Assembly (NCBI GenBank): GCA_040752795.1
Contig: JBFMGH010000646.1
Location: 1-59,375 of the forward strand
DNA length: 59,375 bases
Reading direction: 5' to 3'
Origin: Cyanobacteriota bacterium
GTDB lineage: Bacteria; Cyanobacteriota; Vampirovibrionia; JBFMGH01
A program made the translations under genes and the position numbers. Every line of letters begins with the position of its first letter. Positions within the stretch are counted from its first letter, which is position 1. Positions 1 to 8,500 of the stretch are shown here, piece by piece. Below the pieces are notes generated by a model. That model was not told where the DNA came from, did not search any database, and saw only the letters and a program-made list of their open reading frames with translations.

Positions 1-47
1 AACTTGTTTACTTCTTGTATTGTCACTATTAGAACTCCTTGTTTCAT
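1..47 (-). CDS. 5' end of a leftward CDS that runs off the window edge (hypothetical)
   Basis: ATG (minus strand) at 45-47 is preceded by GGAGGA at 54-59. It reads MKQGVLIVTIQEVNKL to the window edge, which is too short to assign a family. Confidence 0.3.
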   Translation of the reverse strand, partial: MKQGVLIVTIQEVNK

Positions 48-79
48 TTTTTATCCTCCAATTTTTTTTATTGAAAACC

Positions 80-124
80 GGACATTTTTACTTTGTTCTA
101 ATAGGACATTTTCATTTTGGTTCT
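80..124. promoter_or_regulatory. Tandem direct repeat (possible operator or iteron-like site) upstream of the left-edge CDS
   Basis: GGACATTTTTACTTTGTTCT (80-99) and GGACATTTTCATTTTGGTTCT (104-124) are separated by 4 nt. They lie 33-77 nt upstream of the minus-strand ATG at 47. Confidence 0.3.
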
Positions 125-364
125 ACAATAGTTTTTATTTTTAAATAGCAAGTTTTATTCAAGTATGTTTTTAATTAGACATAGAAGAGTTTGAATTTAG
201 CTATAGCACTATGGTGACTGCCTGATCAATAAAAATCTAGTTTGTAAGGTTACAAAGTTTTAACCGCTCAAATGTCTGTTATTGCTAACTTTTATCAATT
301 AGATTGCCCAGAATTACAAATTGGTGTAAATTACAAATAGAACAGTTCTTTGGAGTAATGATTT

Positions 365-766
365 ATGTCTCTAAAAAGGGACTCGAAAGGAACAAAATCA
401 ATAACTCAAAAAGCTAGCCTTATATCAGGTAGAAAAAATTCCGCTAATGACGATGTTTTATTTCTTTTAAAAGCTTTAAACACTACGGATCACCAATTAT
501 GTGTTGATATTGAGAATGATTTGGTTAAAATTGGTAAAAAGGCTATTAATCAACTAATAGAAGCTTTAGAAAATACTAACAATAAAGTAAGGAGCCATGC
601 TGCAATGGCTCTTATCAGAATTGGATCGGATTCTATCGAGCCTTTAGTTTCTGTATATAAAAATAAATCTAGTGAACGCTGGATGGCCGACTTTATTATT
701 TCAGAAATAGTATGCTCAAAAGAATTATTGGTTACTAATAGTTATTATGAATCAATGGCTAGCTAA
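365..766 (+). CDS. HEAT-repeat (PBS-lyase HEAT-like) protein
   Basis: 133-aa ORF. LIEALENTNNKVRSHAAMALIRIGSDSIEPLV is a typical HEAT-like repeat (xxVRxxAAxALGxIG pattern). Confidence 0.6.
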   Translation: MSLKRDSKGTKSITQKASLISGRKNSANDDVLFLLKALNTTDHQLCVDIENDLVKIGKKAINQLIEALENTNNKVRSHAAMALIRIGSDSIEPLVSVYKNKSSERWMADFIISEIVCSKELLVTNSYYESMAS

Positions 767-787
767 CACAAGCAACAGTTAAGCTAC

Positions 788-869
788 TTATACCAATACA
801 CGAAAGTAAACGATATATGGTTTTAAATTACTCTAAGGTGTTTTTGCATGCGCAGCAGGCAAAAACACC
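788..869 (+). repeat. Intergenic repeat element, copy A (intact 11-bp hairpin)
   Basis: TTATACCAATACACGAAAGTAAACGATATATGGTTTTAAATTACTCTAAGGTGTTTTTGC-ATGCGCAGCAG-GCAAAAACACC. It closely matches the reverse complement of 38441-38523 and partly matches 15769-15855. GGTGTTTTTGC and GCAAAAACACC form a perfect inverted repeat. Confidence 0.75.
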
Positions 870-950
870 TGGCCTCTATAATTTGGAATCTATAGATTAC
901 TTTCAAGGATCAGTATATTTGTTTGATTTTATAATTAATAAGTTTCTATT

Positions 951-3899
951 TTAGTCACCCAGTTTTGTCAATCCTCGTTTAGGATCAAGAAGTCTTCTTC
1001 CAAAATCCTGAAACTGAATTGAACAAAGCTTTTTGTCTCCAGTTGTAATTATACGGTTAATAATTCCAATTCCGTAACGTTCATGATGAACACGATCGCC
1101 TTCCTGAAAATCAATATCTTCTGCACCTAAGTTAGGAGAAGCATACACAGGTATGTCTTCTAATTGATCTGGTATGGATTCAGGTCTTATGCGAGCATGT
1201 GACTGTGAGGCTGATTTGTGCATGGGGTATGGTTCTGGCTGTTGCTGTTGTTTATTATAAGGTGTTTGTGGTTGCATTTGTTGTGGCATGAACTCATCAT
1301 CAGGGATGTGATGGACAATAGATTCCTGATAATGCTTTTTTTGCTGCTGTTGGGGCTGGGGCCTTCTTTGTTGCTGGTTCATAAACTCATCATCAGAAAG
1401 ATGGTGTGTCATATGATCTTGAGAATGTTGTGGCATCTGTTGTGGCTGACGTTGCTGAGGCTGTTGTGGCATCCTTTGTTGTTGCTGTTGAGGATGTGCT
1501 TGTTGTCTCATTTGTTGAGGCATAAATTCATCGTCAGGAATATGATGAGCTATAGATTCTTGAGAATGCTGTTGCATTTGTTGCGGTTGACGTTGCTGAG
1601 GATGTTGAGGCATCCTTTGTTGTGCTGGAGGAGGCCCTTGTATTTGGATTTGTTGTGGCATGAATTCATCATCTGGAATATGATGGACAATAGATTCCTG
1701 ATAATGTTGTTGTGAAGTCTGCTGCCTTTGTTGAGGCTGTTGAGGCGTTCTCTGTTGCCCCTGAGGCGGCCTTTGCTGTTGGATTTGTTGTGGAATAAAT
1801 TCATCATCTGGAATATGATGGACAATAGATTCCTGATAATGTTGTTGTTGCCTTTGTTGTGGCATAAATTCGTCATCTGGAATATGATGGACTATGGATT
1901 CCTGATAATGTTGCTGTTGCTGCTGTGGTAGTGGCATTCTCTGTTGTTGATGCTGAGGAGGTTGCGGTTGTTGCATATGTTGTGGTATAAACTCTTCATC
2001 TGAAATATGATGGACTATGGATTCCTGATAATGTTGCTGAGAGGGTTGTTGTTGCCTTTGTTGTGGCATAAACTCATCATCAGGAATATGATGAGCCAGG
2101 GTCTCAGAATATTGTGTCTGAACTGGTTGTGGATGAATTTGTATATCAAAACCATCCAATTCATCATCATCTAAGGATGAATGTGTTGCCAGTAGCTCTT
2201 CTTCATACTCTTCAGAAATATTTTGATATTTTTCCATAAAGGACGATTGTTGCAGGGTTGAAGGTGCATATTGATCCAGGTCTAAAGATGTATATCCGGA
2301 GTAATCTTCGAAAGCTTCTTGCTCGGCTTGAGCTATAGTTTCGGGTATTTCAATTTCTCCCAGGCCCATCTGTTGATGAAATCCACCTTCTGCTATATCC
2401 ATTTTTTGATCAATTCCAGAACTATGAAGAGATTTATAAGAATATATTATCTCACCATATTCGGATACATATTTCTTAATTGACCCAAAATGTCTGCTTC
2501 TTAAAGAACTTAAATTACTGTCATGTAATTCAACCAGTATGGGATAACTGTTAGAAATATCTCCGTGAATAAGCACAGTATTTTCAGGTTGGCGTTTTAA
2601 GAGCATATTTAATAAAGTTTTATCTGCTTTAAGGTTGCTATAAAACTTATTGTTTCCATCAAGGTTGTCAGTAGAAAACATAAAAAGGTTTTCAGCTTGT
2701 TTAATTATTTCTACAGGTATTTCATCTTCATAGTTTGTTATGAATATGCTGTTTAAACCATGATTTTTTGTTTTATAAAGTAAATCAATAGCCATTTCTT
2801 GATCAATGTATTTGCTAATATCTTCATAGAAAACAAAAGCACATCCATCATAAGTGGATAAATCTTTTATAGAGCTATTTAAGAAAACTTTTTGCCAGAA
2901 TAGTGGTATATTAGAAATATCTAAAACTATCAACCCTCTGTTATTAAATGTTGTACCGATATCACAAAGTTCATCAGGCGTGTTGGCAAATATACCAAGC
3001 TTATTTATCGCTATAATTCTATTTCTGAGGGTTCCTAACTCAGGTATTCTTTTTTGACCTTCAGGTGTTTGCATTTCTTTTTCAAGGAGTTCTCTTAGCA
3101 AATTTAGAGGTAAAAACTCTTTAGTCATAGATAAAGCTCTGTTTGTTAGTTGAACATAGAGAGACTCTATCTTATGCTTTAGATTAGCTTCAATCTGTCC
3201 GGAAATTAATGCCCCTAAAGTTTGAATGCCATATTCAATAAGGGATAGCTTAAAGTTTTTACCGGCTTCAAGAACCTTGGCATCTTTTAAATTATGATAA
3301 GCTCCCTTTGGGTCTATAACAAGAACCTTAGCCTGTTTGTTGACCAGTTCGCTTTGAATTATGTTAAGTAAATTAGCTTTTTCTTTTGATCTGTCTCCTA
3401 CTATTAAGCTCGTTGTCTCTAATAAACTGGCTTCAGCAACCAGTGGAACTGTATAATGACTTACAAAATGACCTAAATTTATAGGGTTTAAGGGCGATGA
3501 CCCAATAGTATGAGAAATGATCTCTGTAGGAGGTACTACATCAACAAAATCTGCCATTGATGGAAGGTTGCCTCTCCAGTTAATCCACTTATTACCTATT
3601 ATAGAAAGTTTTATTTTCCCTGTGGCAACATGTAATGAATTAATATCATCTTCATAAGTGTTGCTGGAAATAGAGTTAAAATGAGCAATCTGTGATTTAA
3701 GTGCTTCATCTGTTACACTTGCAAAGTCTAAATTTTCTATCTGGTATATTTGTGCGACAATACCCTGTTTCTCTTCATCGACTATCTTTATACTATCTCC
3801 CGTGAAGAGCTTTTCCAATTTAGGATTAAAGATAATTTTTATTTTATCCCCTGATATTGAGCCAATTAGCATTGATGTAGATTGAATGTCGTAAGCCAT
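951..3899 (-). CDS. HerA/FtsK-like P-loop NTPase homolog with degenerate Walker A, a Q/P-rich tandem-repeat region and a PcrA/UvrD-type C-terminal Tudor-like domain
   Basis: 982-aa ORF. The N-terminal barrel-like segment is followed by SLIVGDRSKEKANLLNIIQSELVNKQAKVLVIDPKGAYHNL, which aligns to the HerA pattern h-I-G-x-T-G-S-G-K-S ... v-I-D-P-h-G-E-Y. FVFYED is Walker-B-like. The C-terminus GDRVHHERYGIGIINRIITTGDKKLCSIQFQDFGRRLLDPKRGLTKL matches the PcrA/UvrD CTD pattern GDRVxHxxFGxGxV...V.F...G.K.L. Confidence 0.75.
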   Translation of the reverse strand: MAYDIQSTSMLIGSISGDKIKIIFNPKLEKLFTGDSIKIVDEEKQGIVAQIYQIENLDFASVTDEALKSQIAHFNSISSNTYEDDINSLHVATGKIKLSIIGNKWINWRGNLPSMADFVDVVPPTEIISHTIGSSPLNPINLGHFVSHYTVPLVAEASLLETTSLIVGDRSKEKANLLNIIQSELVNKQAKVLVIDPKGAYHNLKDAKVLEAGKNFKLSLIEYGIQTLGALISGQIEANLKHKIESLYVQLTNRALSMTKEFLPLNLLRELLEKEMQTPEGQKRIPELGTLRNRIIAINKLGIFANTPDELCDIGTTFNNRGLIVLDISNIPLFWQKVFLNSSIKDLSTYDGCAFVFYEDISKYIDQEMAIDLLYKTKNHGLNSIFITNYEDEIPVEIIKQAENLFMFSTDNLDGNNKFYSNLKADKTLLNMLLKRQPENTVLIHGDISNSYPILVELHDSNLSSLRSRHFGSIKKYVSEYGEIIYSYKSLHSSGIDQKMDIAEGGFHQQMGLGEIEIPETIAQAEQEAFEDYSGYTSLDLDQYAPSTLQQSSFMEKYQNISEEYEEELLATHSSLDDDELDGFDIQIHPQPVQTQYSETLAHHIPDDEFMPQQRQQQPSQQHYQESIVHHISDEEFIPQHMQQPQPPQHQQQRMPLPQQQQQHYQESIVHHIPDDEFMPQQRQQQHYQESIVHHIPDDEFIPQQIQQQRPPQGQQRTPQQPQQRQQTSQQHYQESIVHHIPDDEFMPQQIQIQGPPPAQQRMPQHPQQRQPQQMQQHSQESIAHHIPDDEFMPQQMRQQAHPQQQQQRMPQQPQQRQPQQMPQHSQDHMTHHLSDDEFMNQQQRRPQPQQQQKKHYQESIVHHIPDDEFMPQQMQPQTPYNKQQQQPEPYPMHKSASQSHARIRPESIPDQLEDIPVYASPNLGAEDIDFQEGDRVHHERYGIGIINRIITTGDKKLCSIQFQDFGRRLLDPKRGLTKLGD
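1230..2115 (-). repeat. In-frame tandem repeat array (8 units) inside the 951..3899 CDS
   Basis: There are eight copies of H-[YS]-Q-E-S-I-[VA]-H-H-I-P-D-D-E-F-[MI]-P-Q-Q, separated by Q/P-rich spacers of variable length. The 51-nt stretch at 1663-1713 is identical to 1798-1848. Confidence 0.85.
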
Positions 3900-4311
3900 T
3901 TTATCCTATATATTTCCCTATCTAAAAAACTTATTAGTTTATTATAGTATGTAAATGCTTACAGGAACACTTTGTTACCTTTTTGAATGAAATACTTCAA
4001 AATATCCTCGAAAGTGTAGCATTAGTGTAGTAAAAAAGCTTTTATGTCCATAATTTTTTAATAAGTTATTTAATACTATTTTGATTATACCTGCCATTAT
4101 TTAGGAAAAAAAACTATTTTATAGTTATTTTTAAAAATGTTCTTTACAAGAAGTTTTATTAGTCTTTGTATAATTAGCCCTATTTTTGCTCTGGCAGGTG
4201 CATTTTTCGGTTTGCTAATTCGAGTTTTTATACTTTATTAATCTGTTTCCTATTTTATTGTTTATTAGTTAAACTATTCCATGAAAGTTTTAGTAGAGAT
4301 TTATTAAAACA

Positions 4312-5304
4312 ATGAAAAAATATTTACGCCTGATTGGAATATTGTTATTTGTAATTATTCTTACCAAGATAAATATAGCTGACGTTTGGCAGTCTCTTTT
4401 GCATGCTGATTGGTATATATTGTCATTTGCTGCTATGCTTAACCTTCTGGTTATAATCTTAAGATCTTTTAGATGGGTAAAATTATTAGAAATACAAAAC
4501 TATTCCTTTGGCTTTGCAGAATCTTTCTGGTCTTATTTGAGAAGTCTGTATTTTGGTAATATTACTCCGGCCAGAGTTGGGGAACTTTCAAGGGTTCATT
4601 ATGTTATGAAATATCTTAACATTAATTCAGCTGTAGCTACTTCAGGAGTAATTTTTGATAGAGTTCTTGACTCTTATTTTGTTTTAATTCTTGGTGTAAT
4701 AGGTATATTTTTTTCTGCTGTGTGGGGTCAATACATAAGTATTAAAGTATTCCTTGTTATATGTATGTTCTTGATCCCTATATTTTTGTTTGTACCTGAT
4801 GTAACGCTGACTCTTGCACGCTTTGTGCCTAATTATTGGAATATGAGAGAAAAATTTATTTCCTGGGCCAGGAATTTTTTTGATGCTATTAAATGCTTTT
4901 TAAACCTTAAAAGCACTGTTCCTGTTTTGCTGACAGTTATAATATATATTTTATTCTTTATACAATGTATATTATTAGCTGTTGCAATGAATTTACAGAT
5001 AGATATGTTTTACCTAATATTATGTGTTGTTGTTTTCTCGGCTTTGTCTATACTTCCTATATCTATTTCAAATATGGGAACCAGAGAATCAACCTTAATA
5101 TTTATGTTTTCTTATGTGGGTATTGTTTCTGAGCAGGCTATTACATATTCAATATTGTTTTTTCTAATTATAAACCTGTTTTTAGCTTTATTTGGCTGGT
5201 TAGCCTTTGTTTTTTATACTGATAAAGTTGATAAGCTAGATTCAGGTATAGGATCTGTAAAAAACTTGTGCAAAGAACATAGTGCCAATAAAATAAGTAA
5301 TTAG
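4312..5304 (+). CDS. Lysylphosphatidylglycerol-synthase-like transmembrane (flippase-like, UPF0104) protein
   Basis: 330-aa polytopic membrane ORF. The N-terminal pattern (TM, then LRSFRWVKLL, then ITPARVGELSRV) is typical of the LPG_synthase_TM family. Confidence 0.55.
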   Translation: MKKYLRLIGILLFVIILTKINIADVWQSLLHADWYILSFAAMLNLLVIILRSFRWVKLLEIQNYSFGFAESFWSYLRSLYFGNITPARVGELSRVHYVMKYLNINSAVATSGVIFDRVLDSYFVLILGVIGIFFSAVWGQYISIKVFLVICMFLIPIFLFVPDVTLTLARFVPNYWNMREKFISWARNFFDAIKCFLNLKSTVPVLLTVIIYILFFIQCILLAVAMNLQIDMFYLILCVVVFSALSILPISISNMGTRESTLIFMFSYVGIVSEQAITYSILFFLIINLFLALFGWLAFVFYTDKVDKLDSGIGSVKNLCKEHSANKISN

Positions 5305-5313
5305 GATAAAGTT

Positions 5314-5499
5314 TTGTTGGAGGGAAAAAATTTGGAAATAATCTTAGTTCCGTTTATGATAGTTGCTCTTATTGCATTTGTTGTTTTTATAATGTGTGTA
5401 ATTTTAATGATAGATATTAAACTTAAAGCTATAGTTACAGAATTAAAGAAAGTAACAGCATATATAGCTTCGAAAACTTCTTCAGAAGAAAATAAATAG
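5314..5499 (+). CDS. Small single-TM membrane protein (hypothetical)
   Basis: 61-aa ORF with one hydrophobic helix (FMIVALIAFVVFIMCVILMI). GGAGGG at 5320-5325 suggests the true start may be TTG at 5335 or ATG at 5356. Confidence 0.35.
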   Translation: MLEGKNLEIILVPFMIVALIAFVVFIMCVILMIDIKLKAIVTELKKVTAYIASKTSSEENK

Positions 5500-5561
5500 A
5501 ATTTTATAACAACACGTTTTGTTTTAGGTTTTCTGGGAAAAGGTTATAGTGATTAAAGGTG

Positions 5562-8500
5562 TTACCTTGTCCAGCGGAAGTTTTTGACTGAGGAAAGTTT
5601 GTAGATTTTACCTTGAAGTTCAACAGCAAATTTGCGTACTTTATCACTTTTTGGCCCTCCGAATCCCGGTATAAAACTTAATCCGGGTATAAAATCTAAT
5701 AAGCCCAATCGTTTTTTCTCTCTGCCTAAACCAGGTATAAAGCCCAGCCCTGGTATAAAGTCTGTCAGGGTATCAATATTGAGGTTGCCTAATGGGCCTA
5801 ATAGGCCCGACACATTTCTGGATAGATTGCCTTTAATATTAAGGTCAGCATCTTCTGTATAGATGTTATATTCTCCTGATATCTCTAAGCTCAGATTTTT
5901 ACCCCTTGTTATTAAGTTATCTGTGTGTAAAATACCTTCTTTTACATTAAAATCGCCTGTGAGTTGTTCAAATTTACCTGTATGCATGGGTACAATTGAG
6001 GCAATGATGTTATTAAGATTGAGACCTGTTACGCCTCCCCCTATAATATTGCTTGCTCTTAATAAGTGCTCCATAGTTCCTAATCTAGAAAAACTGCCAT
6101 CATTTATAATTAAGCTTGCCTGTCCTTCGGCGTTTGCTAAAATCTGATCATAGTTATTACCTCTGGAATTGAATACCACTGTAGTATATAGATCTCCAAA
6201 AATCTCGTTTGGTAAATCTAATAGCACTGTTGCAGCAGCATTAGCTTTTACCCCTGCAATTTGAAGCTGTGCACCAAGTGTATCTTCCAGTAGGTTTACG
6301 TATAAACTTCCTGTTGCTGAACCTCCTGCTGTATTTAGCTCTATGTTATTTAGCTGAAAAAGTCCATCAGAGCATAATGCTATGTTTCCACTCAGGTTAG
6401 AGGTAATTAGTTTGTCTATAATAGCGTCGTCTATTGATAGATATCCGTTTTTGATCATAATTGGCAGTGTATCAAATTCAACATCTTTAGTTTTCTCTGA
6501 AATGGAATCCAGAAGGTTTGTAAGGCTTAATGAAGGGCTGTGTATTTGCAGGTTGCTTAGTTCAATGGGGAATTTTTTGAAATTGTTTATATGAGTGCTT
6601 ATTTCAAATATAATTCCGTTAACATTTAAGTAAGCATCTTTAATATTAGCTTTTTCTCCCTCAATATCAATGTTAAAACTTATATCTTTGGTTTTGAAGA
6701 CAGGCAAACTAACTTTTAAGAAGTTAATAAAACCATAAATATCAGGGTTAAAAGCTGTACCTGAGATAGTTAAGTCACTTTGAATTTTTCCTGTCAGATT
6801 ATCAGTAAGTAATCCTTTGGCTAGAAACTGATTTATTTCATCCAGGTTAATTTCGGGTATCTGAATTTTTAAATTATCAATTACTATAAAATCTTCCTCA
6901 GAATATTCTAAAAAACCATTAGCATTAAAAATACTATTTCCTACCTGAAAGAGGATTCTATCAATATCGATATATTTTGTGGTACCTTTGCCATCGACTA
7001 GTAATTTAATAGGAATATTTGCTGGTTTCTGAAACATTCCTTTTAGTTCTATTTTAGCATTTTCAGGTATGTTAGACTCGAATTGAATGTCCCAGTCTTT
7101 CATATTACCTTTTGCATGACCGTTAAAGTCTATTGGTTCAGAGAAAACGAGATTATTTTGCACTTCCTGGGTGTAAAATTCGTTAAAACTAAGGGGTGAT
7201 AGCTTTCCATTAATTTTTATATCAATGTAAGGATTGGGTTTTGTAAGATTCTTAAATCCACCATCTATTAAAATGTTGGAATCTCCATAGGCTATATTTA
7301 AGTTTTTAAGTGATATTAAATGGTTACTTAATTGAATGTGTCCTGAAATATCTTTGATAGGTTTATCTAACTGAATTGCTTGAATTGCAAAATCGTTTAA
7401 ATCAACGTTAATATCAAACTGTTCATTTTTTGTTTTTATATCCAGGCTTGCTTTTCCGGAGGTTCCCTTGATGCTTGTTATGAGTTCTTTAAGGCCTTTA
7501 GGGGCAAATGGATGCGAGCTTACATTTTTCATCAGGTCATAAGTAATATTTTTGCTTTTTGCTTCAAAAGCATAGTTAGGATTAAGATTTGCTAAATCTT
7601 CCATGCTACCTGATATAACGAAAGTTGAACCACTGGTTAAGACGGTTAAATCTCTTATTTTAATATTCTGATTTGCGAGTTCAATTATGCCTTTTTCTAC
7701 TGCAATATCGTCATGAAGCAAAGGGTGTATAACATGGGTTTTCTCAAGGTTGATATGTGCTGAAGGTATAATGTTATTGTTTTTCAATACAAGACCTATG
7801 TTACCATTTACTTTTCCGGAGAATTTTGCGGTTTCTACAAACTCTTTTTCCTCAGGTGTAAATATATTTAACTTTAAAGCAAGTGTTTTGATGTCTTTAA
7901 GGTTAAATCCTGGTAAATCAACTTTTATTTCTCCTTGTCCGTCTAAAGAACCTACACCTGATATTTTGATTGAGTTGTTAGCTATTGTTGCATTTAAATT
8001 GTTTAAGTTTATTAGTTTATTGAAGCTAATTTGACCGTTAATGTTTTCAACAGCGATTTTTGTTGAGTTATCAAGTATTTTAGCATTAGATAAAATTGCC
8101 TGGCCATATAGTTCAGGGTTTTCAATCGTGCCTTTTAAATTGATATCTGCCGTTGTAAAGCCTGTTAGTTGAAATTTTTCAAGCTCTTTGATAGAAATTC
8201 TCAGGTCTATTAGGGCTGCAAAAAGCATATCTTGAAGTTGATTTAATCGAAGTTTTTCTGAAAATATATTTATTCCTTTAAATTTTTGATCATGAAAATC
8301 ATAAATGCCTTTGATGCTTATATTGCTGTTATTGCCAAGAGATACATTAATATCTCTGGAATCTATATTAGCATTGTCAAAAGCAATATTGCCTTTAATT
8401 TCGTTTATAGGGTTATCGAATCCACGTAACACTATGTTGCTGGCGTTTATAAAAAGGTTGCCTTTGATGTCAGGCTTAAAGAAATCACCTAACAGATCCA

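Noticed and set aside
1218-1931. Track ORFs 1218..1715 (+), 1550..1876 (-) and 1728..1931 (+), with L/W/H-rich or N/K-rich translations
   Set aside because: They lie entirely inside the Q/P-rich repeat array of the 951..3899 CDS, in other frames. Their periodic low-complexity sequence is the shadow of the CAG/CAA/CCN repeats, not independent genes.
1230-2115. Possible CRISPR-like or satellite array (regularly spaced ~50-nt conserved units with variable spacers)
   Set aside because: Units and spacers are in frame within one long ORF and encode a conserved peptide motif plus Gln/Pro linkers. Spacer lengths vary widely, the repeats are not palindromic, and no cas genes are present.
5632-5862. 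Track ORF with PGIK repeats on the plus strand
   Set aside because: It is the antisense shadow of the FIPGLG repeat at the C-terminus of the 1480-aa minus-strand CDS.
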